From the human T2T-CHM13v2.0 reference genome, Homo sapiens: a DNA stretch of 64,000 nt. Location of the stretch: assembly GCF_009914755.1 (NCBI RefSeq), contig NC_060925.1, one strand, 5' to 3'. The position numbers were made by a program, and so were the translations under genes. Below, in pieces: positions 31,127-59,365 of this stretch. The notes beneath the pieces are model-generated. The model was not told the DNA's origin, searched no databases, and worked only from the letters and a program-made list of their open reading frames with translations. Position 1 is the first letter of the stretch, and each line of letters starts with the position of its first letter.

Positions 31127-31602
31127 TATATTAGTTTCCTATTGCTGCTGTAATAAACTATCACAATCTCAGTGATTTTAAATAACAGCTTTTTATTCTC
31201 TTACAGTTCTGGAGGTCAAAGTCAGATATGGGTTTCACTGGATGAAAACAAGTTCTGGACAGGGCCAAACCCCCACCCCTAGAAGATTTCAGGGAGAGCC
31301 CTTGGCTTTTCAGCTCCAGAGCTGCCTTTTTTTGCATTCCTGGTACTGTCCCCTCCTTCCTCTTTAAAGCCAATGGCATCTTCAAATCTCTCTCTCTGTG
31401 ACTGTCTTCACATCTCTTTCCCTCTTATAAGGACCCTTGTGGTTAGTTACATCAAGCTTATTAAGATAATCAAAGATAATGTCACCACCTCAAGATCCGT
31501 TACTTACTCAAAAGTCCATTGTGACATATGCAGTCCCACAATCACAGGTTTCATGAATTAGGATGTGGACAACATGGAGACCCCATTGTTCATCCTGGCA
31601 CA
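31127..31602 (-). mobile_element. MLT1 (MaLR) LTR
   Basis: tattagtttcctattgctgctgtaa...cacaa...acagttctggagg pattern. Confidence 0.8.
31152..31157 (+). terminator. Distal AATAAA polyadenylation signal for CYP4A22, within an antisense MLT1 LTR
   Basis: gtAATAAAc followed by T-rich sequence; position fits my recollection of a ~12.3 kb annotated gene length. Confidence 0.6.
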
Positions 31603-32087
31603 GCCCCTACCTGATTGTCATCTGATGTGTCCATCTAAATCTCTCCTGTATGCTACCTACCTATGTACATTATTGTCAGCCAGACAATCCCTCTATCTTC
31701 CCTCCTCTCTAGAATAAGGTTCACAAGCTTGCATGCTTTGTCTAGCTTCACATGGAAGGTGATAGGGTTAGAAGAGGAGACACTAAGGCAGGGAGATAAA
31801 TCCCTACTGAAGAGGGAAAACGGAGATGAGGTGTGCCCATTGGTGCCAGAACCCTAGCAGGGCCTGATTTGATCCATCCCCCTGCACACAGCCTCATACC
31901 ATGTCTCCCCTGGTGCCCACACCCTCTCCAGCTCCTGGGGCTCCCATGGTAGCTGAGTTTAGACAAACGATATTTATCTAGGAGATCAGAGGGAGAAGCT
32001 CACACCTGTAGGGAAAAGACTCCAGGCCTCCATTCCATTCAAGATTTAGATTCAAGATGAATCACAGCAAGGCTGAGCTAAGAGCCT

Positions 32088-32529
32088 GTCTTTCTGTGTT
32101 TTGTGTTACTGTAACCGAATACCCAAGGCTGGGTAATTGATCTAGAAAAGAGGTTTATTTGGCTCATGATCTGGTGGCTGAAAAGTTTAAGTTTTGGCAG
32201 CTCAATCCGATGAAGGCCTCATGCAGCTTCCACTCATGGCAGAAAGCAAAAAGGGAGTGGCATATGCTGAGATTGCATGGTGAGAGAGGAAGCAGGAGAG
32301 AGACTAAGGAAGCAAGACTCTGTTTTGATCCCGATGTCTTGGAAACCTGTCCATTCCAGATACAGCTAAAACTCAAGCCTGTGAGGTGGAAGGGGGCACT
32401 AATCTCTTCATAAAGGATCTGTCTCCACGATCTAAATATCTCCCACTAGGACCCACCTCCCAACACTACTGTGTTGGGGATCAAGGCTTCAGGAGTTTGG
32501 TTGGGAACATCCCACATCCCAGCTATAGT
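32088..32529 (-). mobile_element. MST-type (MaLR) LTR
   Basis: ggctgggtaatt...aaaagaggtttatttggctcat...ccactaggacccacctccaacact. Confidence 0.75.
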
Positions 32530-33569
32530 GAGGCTGCACTGAGCTGAGCAGGAAAGCCTCAAAGGCCTGGTCTGTCATGAGGACCTTGTAAACTCAGCTC
32601 TCCACAGTCCCAGTGAGGTGCAGAAAGAGACCCCAGCCTAGCAACGTCACCAGGTACCTGTCAACTTCCTTCATATATGGAACCTGCAGGCTTCTCTGGA
32701 AGCTCATGGAGTGGGCAGCTGTCCAGTCAGGGGTGGGAGGAGCCCAGGTAGGCAAATGGGTCTGGCTGGTGGAAGAGGCTGTTAGACCCCAAGCAGCTCC
32801 TTCCCAACAGCACTTCTTGGGAACCAACTTCTTGGTTGTCCTCTGCCTCTCTGGCTGGCCACCCTGATGGGGCAGGGGCATCCTCAACCCTGTCCACACT
32901 TGGTGACTGCCTGGGTGCTGGTACTGCTGACCCTGGGCCCTGTTCCAGCACCCGGGCCCCATGTACTACCCCTGGGATAGTGTCACTGATTGTCCCAGCC
33001 TCTCTTAATGCAGACCTTGCTTCTCTTCCTAAATCTGAACCCAAATGTTCCTCCCACCAATTGCCCACTCCTAGCCCAGGACCTTGGATGCCATAGAGAG
33101 AATTTCCTCTGCCTGAGGTCTGAAAGCTCATTCTGTTACTCTGAAAGGGCTTCTCTTCTAGTTTTTGCCTGCAACTAGGACCTCCCTCCAAGTCCCCTGA
33201 GTTCCCCGGTCATTGGATTAATTCAGTCCTGCTCTGAGAATGGGCAGGAAAGGGGAGGGCTGGACAGTCGGTGGTCAGCCAGGAGTGGAGGGAGATGGAA
33301 AAACTCGGAGAGGAGAGTGACCTGGGAACATCATGGACAGGATGGCCAGCCAGTCCCCTGGCATCAGGGGATTTACAAGGGCTCATGTTGGCCATGCTCA
33401 AAGACCACAGGACAGTGGGCACTCACTCCCATTACTACCCCTAATACCTGGTTGAAAAGAGGAAGAGGAAGCGAATCAAGTAAGTGAAAGTCTCATTGCA
33501 ATTGGAGAGGTGGAGACCTCAGAGTGATCAATGAGATAGGGAAGATGCACAAGGAGGGGGAATCTGAAT

Positions 33570-34492
33570 ATCTCTATGTAAAAGAATGATGTTGAACTTT
33601 TACATACACGATATACAAAGTAAAAAAAAAATGGATAGAAGGGTTGAAAGATAGCCCACAGAATGGCAGAATATATTCACAAATCAAATGAGAACATGTA
33701 AAGGACTCCAACACAAAACAACAAAATACTACAATCCCATTCAAAAATTCAAAGGACTTCAACAGAAACTACTGCAAAGAAGATATGCAAGTGATCCATA
33801 AGCGCACCTGGAAAGATGCTCAACTTCATTAGTCATTGGGGAAATGCAAATCAAAACCACAGTGAGATACCACTTCATATCCTTTAGAAAGGCTATAATT
33901 ATTTTTTAATGGAAAATATGAAATGTTGGACAGAATATGGAGAAATTGAAACTCTTATGAATTGCTGGTGAATGTAAATTGGCATAGCCTATTTGCAAAA
34001 CCAATTTGTGGTTCCTCAGAAAAATAAAATCACAATTTCCATGGGACCCAGTAATTCCACTTTTGGATGTATACCCAATGGATTTGAAAGCAAGGATTTG
34101 AACAGATCCTTGTAAACCAAAGTTCACAGCAACACTATTCACAGTAGTCATCAGGTTGAAGAGCCCAAGTGTCCATCAACAGATGAATGGGTTCACAAAA
34201 TGTGGTATACAGATAATGGAGTATTATTCAGTCATAAAAAGAATGAAGTTCTGATACACACTACAGCAGGAATGACAGTGATAACAGTATGCTAAGTAAA
34301 ATTTGACAGACATAAAAGGAAAAATATCATATGATTCTACTCATAAGTGGCAAATTCATAGATTAGACAAAGTAGTAGAGAATAACAAGGACTTGGAGAA
34401 GGCAGAGTTATCATTAAATGATTACAGAGTTTCTTTAGAGTGATGAAAACCTTTTGGAAATAGGTAGTGATGATGGTTGTAAAACACTGTAG
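33570..34492 (+). mobile_element. L1MB-type 3' fragment; resumes at ~41889-42070
   Basis: ...gatggttgtaaaacactgt continues as ttgtgaatgtaattaatgcc after the L1PA insertion. Confidence 0.7.
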
Positions 34493-41740
<7,248 letters not shown>

Positions 41741-44033
41741 TCTACAAAAATTCATCAAATATTTTTAGATATTTCTATAGTTAGAACCCAACTAGAATTG
41801 ATCCCTCTCTCCTTGGGTTTATATTTTCTATGTACCTCTCTAAACTAAGTTCTCAAAATTCAAATGAGCTAAAATAAAAGGAGGGAAATTGTGAATGTAA
41901 TTAATGCCATTGAACTGTACAATTAAAATGGGTTAGAGTGTCCAATTGTAGGTTCCGTATGCTATGCTAATTTTTAAAAAGTAACATAACACTAAGATCA
42001 CTGAATTTTAAGTGTTAGATTTTCTGGTGTGCAAATTATATTTTATGAAAGCCTGTTTTTTTTTTTAACAAAAGTGATCTATATGGGCTATTCAGTTTTA
42101 GTAGAAGAGTAAAGGTAAATAAGATATGTAAAATTGCATCAACATTAAACTCAACTTTATCAAAGCCCAGGAAAGAAGTGCCTGGACTGATCTACCCACA
42201 GGAGTAACTGCTTCAAGCTGCCACCATGGGAATAGACTGCTCCTCCTCTGCCTTTCTTGGCCTAAACCCTGAACCAGGAAACATCCAGCAACAAAACATG
42301 GATTTGCTTTTTACAATGTGGCACCCAAAACTGAACTGAGTCTCTTCAAAATGATGATGTAACCACTCCAAAGTCTGACTCATTCCCACTCTCACTCATT
42401 GATCCAATCAGTGGGTATTTATTGGGCATCATCAACTGGCACAGTCCTCTGCTTCATGCCATGGGAAGCAAAGGACATAGCAGCTGAGATACCACCTTCC
42501 AGGAGTCTTTGCTGGAGATGTCTAAGTAGCAAATGAATGGGAAAAATATGTTTTAATAAATCTTGACAATCACAAGTACACTTTTCTAAGAGTTATACTT
42601 TTACATAGTTTTATATTCTCCTTTATACTTTCTTATACACTTTATTCATATCATTAAACATTCTCCATAATGTTCATTATCTTCAATGACTGTGCTACTC
42701 CTAGTCCCACAGTTTGCCATTCACTTTCTCACAAGAGCTGCCCTGGATAGTGAGACTTCCATGTATGCCAATATGTGCAGTTCATAATCTGACACATCTC
42801 CTGTTGTTTGGAAACACGGAATAAAACACAGCAAACACGAAATGCCCCCTCGAAAGTTTAGGGGCTGCCATCTGGACTGGAGGCTCAACCTAATCATTAC
42901 CTCCTTTACATGAATGATTAACAGCAAAGTCTCTGGAGCCTGACTGTCTGGGTTACAATCCCAGCCACAGCTCTTACCAACTGGGGGATCCTAGACAGTT
43001 AGCTACCCTCTTTATGCCTTAGGTTTTCTCACCCACTGTAGGCACATTTTTTAAGAATCCCTTTTGTAGGGTTGTTGTGAAAGAAACCATGTAAAGTTTT
43101 TGCCTGGTGGACAGAATACAGTAAGTTCTCACTAAATGTTGGCTATTACCACATTACACACCCAACTCTAAAGAAGAAATTGGGGTCTCAGGGAGGGAAA
43201 GCAAAACTCACAACTAGAATTTAAAACCAAACTGTCTGACTTCTAAGCTCTTCTCACTACTGTTCTTCATACTATGCGTGAAATACAGGTGCTGACTCAA
43301 GGGGGGAAAGAGTCAAGGTTCAAAAGTCCCTGGTTGGGGACTGGGGAGGCAGAGATGGGTGGTGGAATGTAACCAGAGAACTGGTGAAGGTTGGGGGGAA
43401 TGTAGTGTTAAGTGGTTACATGTCCCTACCCTTTGGCTTAGATAGTAGCCCAGTATTTCAGGCCTGAAGAAAAGAACGCTGACCCTCTGTGTTCTGTAAT
43501 GAATCACCTGTCATGAGGTGGGGCAAAGGAGGAGGGTGTTGGGAGTAAAAGTTTAGATGGATTCGGGAGCAGTAGGAAATGGGACCCCTTGGAGAGCTGA
43601 CTTCCATGGAATCTCCCTCATAAATATTTTGGTTTAGTTTCTGAATTGGTGCCCTTGGCTATGACCTTGGGTAAATAACCATGAAAAAACTACAAGTAGT
43701 GATTATTCCAGTATGAACTTGTCCCATTTCTACTCTTTCGCATATGATCTTCATGGATTTGCCAGTGCTATTTCCTTTTACTAGTATTTGCCAACTGTTA
43801 AACTTCTCTTCATCCTTAAAGACCCCATTGTTTGTTCATTTTCTTCTTTGCTGGGTGGCCCAAGCCCACCATTTATTCCTTCAGTGCATAGTTTATAAGG
43901 TTTTAGCGTAAAAATTTATTTTTCTGCCTTGAGCAACTGAACTGTGACATTGAAAATATTTCATTTTGAATAAATAAATGAATAGATAAGTGAAGAATTA
44001 TGAGATATTAACAGCAGTGATTGTTATCCTACC

Positions 44034-45900
44034 TATTTTAGTTTCCTTAGGCTATTGTAATGAATTACCAGAAACCTGGTGGCTAAAAACAATAGAAATT
44101 TATTATCTCATAGTTCTGGCGGCCAGAATCTGAAATCAGAATTACTAACCAAAAGCAGGTAAAAGCAGGGCCACGCTCTCTCTGGAATCTCCAAGGCAAA
44201 TTCATTTCCTTCCACTTATGGCTCCTGGTGGCTGCTGGCATTCCTTGCTTTGTGGCCACATCACTCTTTCTTCAAAGTCAACATCTTCAAATGTCTCTCT
44301 GCTCTGTCTCCATATGGCCTTCACCCACATGTATGTCAAGTCTTCCTCTGCCTCCCTCTTATAAGGGGATGCAAATGATTTCATTCAGGGCTCACCTTGA
44401 TAATCCAGATTAATCTCCCAATCTCAAAATCCTCAATATAATCACATCCTCCACGATCATTTTTTTTAAAAAGATAACATAGAAAAGTTTCAGGAGTTAG
44501 AACCTGACATCTTTGGGGATCACTACTCAGGCTTCCACAGTCTGCCTTCTGTTTCCCAAAGACTCACATCCAGACCACATGCAAATATACTCATCCCTTC
44601 CCAACAACCCAAAAGCCTCACTTCTTTATAGCATCAACTCATGACCAAAATCTCATCTAAATATCATGAGCTCAAAAGTATCAATTTTATTTTCTAAGTC
44701 ATCTAGTGTAGGTATATGTGAGGCTCTGGGTATAAGGCATCCTTGGATAAAATCTCTCTAAAAATCTGGAGCTGTGAAATCTAATTATATCTAATATCTA
44801 ATTATCTAATAAGATATAATATATAATAATATCCATTTATAGAATATCTAATTATTCTATAAATCAATATAAGCTTTTTCATCCATGCTTCTCACTTCCC
44901 TCTGAGCCCTCATGAGAAGCATTTTAATGTCCATATATCTACTAATACTGTGTTTAAGGCAGTCTATGCTTTTCCTATCATGCATTTCAAAAATCTTCCA
45001 ATCTCTATGTATTCTTCAATTCCAAAGCCAATTCTACATTTGTGAGTATTTATTACAGCACACCTCACCTCTACTACCAAAATCCTAGGGCTTCTGTCAC
45101 AAATTAACACAAATGTGGTGATTTAAAATGACAGAGCCAGTTGCAATGGCATGAGCCTGTAGTCCCAGCTACTCTAACAGTGGAAATGGAAGGATTGTTT
45201 GAGCCCAGAAGTTTGAGACTAGCCTCAGCAACTTAAAGAAGACCCTGTCTTAAAAAAAAAAAAAAAAAAAAAAAGAAGAAGAAGGAGAGAGAGAGAGAGA
45301 GAAAAAAAAAAAGAAAGAGAGAGACAAAATGAAAGAAGAAAAAAAACAGCAGAAATTTATTCTGTCACTGTTCTGGAGACCTGAAGTCCAAAATCACTAG
45401 TTTGGCTTAAATCACAGTGTCAGTGGGGCTGTGTTCCCTGCAGAGCTCTAGGGGAGAATCCATTCCCTGCCTCCTCCAGCCACTGCTGGCTGCCAGCATT
45501 CCGTGGGTTATGGCTGCATCCCTCCAATCTTCAAGGTCAGCATCTTCAAATCTCTCCCTGCTCCATCTTTGCATGGCCTTCCCTGTGTGTGTCGTATCTC
45601 CTTCTACATTTACTGCTCACCTTGATAATCCAGCATAATCTCCCCATGTTGATTCTTAACATCATCACCTCTGCTAAGACTCTTCCAAAAAAAGATATCA
45701 TTTACAGGTTCTATAGATTAGAACTTGATATCTTTCAAGGTCATTATCCAGCATATTATAGTCTTCCTACTGATCCTTGAAGATGGCCCTCCCCCACCAA
45801 AATGTGTTTGCCTTATCCCAACATTCCAAAAGCCTCAACCCATTACAGCATCAGCTCAAGTGTAAAATCTTGTCCAACTACCATTAGCTTAAAACTAGCT
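44034..45900 (-). mobile_element. MLT1 MaLR complex: LTR - internal - LTR - internal start, with an Alu monomer at ~45136-45345
   Basis: Two MLT1 LTR copies (~44034-44540, ~45075-45760), each followed by a similar internal-start sequence (cccaaca...ccaaaagcctca...cagcatca). Confidence 0.65.
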
Positions 45901-45904
45901 TAAA

Positions 45905-47345
<1,441 letters not shown>

Positions 47346-47349
47346 ATAG

Positions 47350-53528
<6,179 letters not shown>

Positions 53529-54099
53529 TTACAGAATTCCCATTTCACTCTTTTTATAGATGGAACTCTTTGATGAGATGCTCCATCTTTCTCTCTATTT
53601 TCTAAAACATATTAATCATGGCTATTTTAATATTTCTGTCTGAATACTCAATATCTGTTTCTCCTATGGGATTATTTCTGTTGTCTGCTTTGGTTTTTCT
53701 TTGGCTTTTGGTGAATGGGTCATCATGCCTACTGATTTCTTATTAAATGCTGAGCATTGTGTGTGAGAGATCATAGAGACTCTGGTTGGTGTTACCTTTA
53801 GCTAAAGAGGGTCAAGTTATCTTCTGGCAGTCACACAGAATACTGTCAGAGCCCCACAGTGTGGTCCATAGGACGTAGGCAGTTTGGACACAGGATTTCC
53901 TTTTGATGTTTGCAAATTGCTTTGCTTTACAGTAGTTGTAATTATACTGTACATTTATTTTGTTCAATTTCTCTCTATGTCACAGCCCAAACAAGCACTA
54001 AAAGGCACCCATAGAGGTTGGAGTTTCAGGCATATGTAAGGAAAAGGGCCAGTAGACACTGATGAGCATTTTTGTGATGTGATTTTCATCTCTTTCCAG

Positions 54100-54993
54100 G
54101 ACAAATGGAAGAAGACCATTGCTGATGCACATCTGAAATCTTCTGAACACATTTCCCAGTGACCCCGAACACTATTATGAAGTATACCTTCAGTCACAAG
54201 GTAGTCATTCAGGCTGCTCTCACAAAATACCACAGAATGGATCACTTATAAGCAACAGAAATGTAGTACTCACAGTTCTGGAGGCTGGACATCTGAGATG
54301 AGGGTGCAGCATGGTCAGGTGCTGGTGAGGGCTCTCTTCAGCATAGTATTCACAGTTCTGGAGGCTGAACGTCTAAGATGAGGGTGCAGCATGGTCAGGT
54401 TGGTCAGGTGCTGATGAGGGCTCTCTTCAGCATAGTACTCACAGTTCTGGAGGCTGGATGTCTGAAATTAGGGTGCAGCGTGGTCAGGTGCTGGTGAGGG
54501 CTCTCTTCGGGGCTGCAGACTGCTGTCCTCTCGCTGTGTCCTCACACGGCAGAAAGAGAGCAAGAGAGCTTGCTGGGGTCCCTTTTATAAGGGCACTAAT
54601 CTCATTCATGAGGGCTCCATCCTCATGACCTAATTTTTTCCAAAAGGCCCCACCTTCTAATAACATCACACTGGGGGCTAAGATTTAAACACATGAATTT
54701 GAGGGGGACACATACATTCAGTCTATAACACCAGGGCAGTGCCCAAGTGAACAGGTTATGAGTAAAGGACAAGAAGTAAACTCATTCGCCACCAGTCATT
54801 TCATCCGTTAGTATGCTGCTCCACCTCTTCTCTTCCAGAACCCTTAGACTCCTGCCCAGAAGTGGTGTCTAACATTACCAAACTCATCCACCCTTGCCAG
54901 AATACTTTCCTGCATCACAACGACCTGGTTTACAAATTCAGCCATCAGAGCTTCCATTTTAATAAAGATTGCCAGGTCGCCATGACCACACAG
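54100..54993 (+). pseudogene. Unprocessed CYP4Z-like (CYP4 family) pseudogene fragment: exon 5 (54100-54201 + 54731-54754, split by MLT1A0) and exon 6 (54839-54993)
   Basis: ttccag|GAC AAA TGG gives DKWKKTIADAHLKSSEHISQ/(fs)TPNTIMKYTFSH, then after the LTR QGSAQVN AG|gt. An 84-nt intron follows, then ttccag| a 155-nt exon reading T/LDSCPEVVSNITKLIHPCQNTFLHHNDLVYKFSHQSFHFNKDCQVA/HDHT. Splice phases match CYP4A22 exons 5-6. Confidence 0.88.
54202..54730 (-). mobile_element. MLT1A0 LTR with an internal ~80-bp tandem triplication
   Basis: ttcaggctgct...aaaataccacag start and gggggacacatacattcagtctataaca end; 5-bp TSD caagg / ccagg. Confidence 0.85.
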
Positions 54994-55429
54994 TTTTGTC
55001 TTGGGCTTTGCATTGCCTGAGACCTCTATAAAACAACCAACTGCCTAAGACACAAACCCTGGTGATGGGTGCTTTCACTGTGGTGGTTGGACAAAATACG
55101 GCATAGAGATAGTCCTCAAGAAATGAATGGTAGCTGAACTTGAGGCAGGGCAAGGCCAGTTCTAGCATCCCGAACACCTGACTTCTAGCCAGGGTTCTAT
55201 CTGCCCTCACATCTCCCCAAGGATCCATCAATGGCCACTCCACTCAGACCCCCAGCCTGGGCAGACTCCCCTCTATGCACTGGTAATGGGGGAGTTCCTG
55301 GTCCAGTATTGATCTTCTCATCAGTTTTCACATTCAGTCCATAACACCAGGGCAGTGCCCAACTGAACAGGTAAAGGACAAAAAGTAAACTTCACATTCA
55401 TGGGACGATCAATGCTGAACCAGTAACTA

Positions 55430-55909
<480 letters not shown>

Positions 55910-56945
55910 TTACACTGTGGTGGAATTGATTAAGTGTAGATGGATTCAACCCTTAAGGAAAACAATAGAAAGCATGTACCTTACAAGAGCCTCGGAAATG
56001 CTCATATTCTTTGATAGAGTGATTGGATCTTCATCTCCTGAGAGTCGGTCCTATAAAAAATAGTCATTGCTTCAGGACATTGATGTAAGTGGCACAAGGA
56101 CCAGGGTCAAGCAGGCAAAGACAGAGGCAGAGACTAGAGATCCATGAGGAGTGGCCAGAAACAAGTGCCCTTACCCCCAGCCCAAGCCAGGACAGGAACT
56201 GGACTAGAGTAAAAGAGGACCAGGAGCACAGCCAGCCAGGATGCTTGGTAGGGGTTCAGGGAAGGGGGAGGCTGAGCCTATGCTTTCCAGGCAGATGGGA
56301 GCCATCTGGGCTCAGCTGAACCATCAGCCAAGCCTGGGCTCACCCAGCCCAGCTGGGTTGCAAACTAAATCTAGACTCTAACCAAATTGCAGACTCTTTC
56401 TAGACCCTACCCTACCAAGTAAAGAATGACCTTTGAGAAGAGGTAAAACTATGTTTAAGACCCTCAGCTGGGTGAGGTAACAGGGGTGAACATAGAGTGG
56501 ACAATGGCTGGTGGGCAATGGGAATGGGCAATGATTGACAGGCAGCTGGCTGTGCACGGCAACCATGGGTCTAAAGCATGCTAGGTCTTATGCTAGGGCT
56601 TTACATTGGATGGTCACCACAGATAAAAGGAGATCCTGAGACCCGGGGAGGCTAAGTGATGTAAGCAGCTGAGCTAGTATTGACTAACCCACATTCATTC
56701 ATTCAGCAAACACTGAGTACTTGTTCAATGCAGGCACTATGCCAGTTTTCGTGGGGACATCCCGTCCTCCAAGAGCTGAGGGTGAGATGTAGTAAAAGAT
56801 GTCAGGGAGACGCCCCGAAGACGGTGAGGCTAGCAGAAGGAAAAACATGAACAACACGGGCATGGAGATGTGTGGTGAGGGAGGGGAGGGGAGGCAGAAG
56901 TTCCAGCAGTAGTGTTGGCAGCACTGGAAAGGGAGAAGGAGGTGG

Positions 56946-56962
56946 AGTCATCTAGTGGCTGC
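56946..56962 (-). promoter_or_regulatory. Candidate CTCF motif (possibly the TAL1 +57 boundary)
   Basis: Minus strand GCAGCCACTAGATGAC has one mismatch to the core; ~3.9 kb from the 60827 site. Confidence 0.45.
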
Positions 56963-58145
56963 TCGAGATATTGCAGGCAAGGAAAGGAAAATCACGATGG
57001 CTGTCATTCACTGAGCATACTGCATGCTTTCTTTACATCCATTTACTCTTCACCACAACCTCATAAGATGGGCCTCATTTTATCCCTAATTTGCATATTC
57101 AGTCCCTGATATACCCTCGTTGGGGTACATCCCACTAATATAAAATTGGCAGGATGGGATTTGCTCAGGGAAATTTGGCTTCAAGCTCATGCACATAGCC
57201 ACTAGGCTACACCTGCCTTGAGTTTAGATTCCTCTCGCAGATGTGAATGGCTGTATTCCAGCAGGAAAGGTCTCCCTAGCTGCAGTGTAGAGGAAAACTT
57301 GGGGGTAAAAATAAAAACAAGGGAGCAGGCAGCTGCAAACATCAGGCAAGATCGAGGCTTGAACCTGGAGGGAGATGTGTTGGAAAGAACCTGGAGGGAG
57401 ATATGTTGGAAAGTGAAACTCAGGGACTGAGGGAGAGGGGGATTCTGGGTGACTCCCCTATCTCTGGTCTGGGTGAATGGATGCCACTTACAGGAACAGA
57501 GGACTCAGGTTGGTGAAAGATCAAGAATTCCATTTTGGACCTGAGGTACCTGTGGAGCTGTGCAGGAGGGAGTGGAGCTGAAGGCGCTGATCTAGAAGTT
57601 GATACTTTACTGGAAGCAGTGTAACTGAGTGCAAGGGATAAGGTCTCCATGTCAACACATAGCTCTCGGAGACCTCCTATATTCCAGGACACTTGCACAT
57701 TGCAATAAAGAGGTGTATGTGGTCTTTGCCTCACAAAGTTCAGAGTTCACAATCTTGTTCAGAGAGATGGGCGGCATGACCAGGGTGAGCCTGCAGGCTC
57801 ACAGAAGCTTGATGAGCTGAGGGCAGGTGGTCAGGAACAGCTTCCCAGATAAAATGGTGATCATCCTATTATACTGAGAGCGGAAGAATCAGATAGACCA
57901 TCTTACCTTTCAACAGGGAGCCGGACAATAGTGTTTTTGGTGACAACAGTCTCAGCAGAGTGTTGGGGAGAGCGACAAGGCTACAGGTGCTGAGTAGTGA
58001 GTGGGAAGGATGGAGGTGGACACAGCAAATGCCACCACTCCTCTTAGATGCTTGACAGGGTCCCTCCCCACTTTCCCACATGCATGTTTCCAAATGGACT
58101 GCATGCTCTGCAAAGGCAAACACTGTTGGCTTCTTTATCTCCCCA

Positions 58146-58148
<3 letters not shown>

Positions 58149-58186
<38 letters not shown>
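58149..58186. repeat. (CA)n microsatellite
   Basis: About 19 CA units. Confidence 0.95.
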
Positions 58187-58189
<3 letters not shown>

Positions 58190-58435
58190 CAAAGAGAACC
58201 CTATGCTGGGGTAGAATTTGCAATAGATTTAAAGTCAAAAGGCCAGGGTTCAATGCCACTAGCTGGCTATGTGACCTTGGGCAAATCACTTTTCTCTCTC
58301 TGAGTCTGCATTTTTTTCCTCTAAAACTTGGGCTCAGTTGTAATCACCTGGTAGGATCATTGTGAGGCTCCAATCAGAAAGTGTCTTACACATCATACAG
58401 TAGCCCTCAGATTCAATGTAGAAAACAGCACCAGC

Positions 58436-59365
<930 letters not shown>

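Noticed and set aside
32594-33191. GC-rich cluster of overlapping ORFs downstream of CYP4A22
   Set aside because: I could not match it to any CYP4 exon or known protein, and saw no convincing splice-site pair; a tBLASTx search would settle it.
54264-54508. Repeat array superficially like CRISPR
   Set aside because: Contiguous tandem units without unique spacers, inside a MaLR LTR in a mammalian genome.
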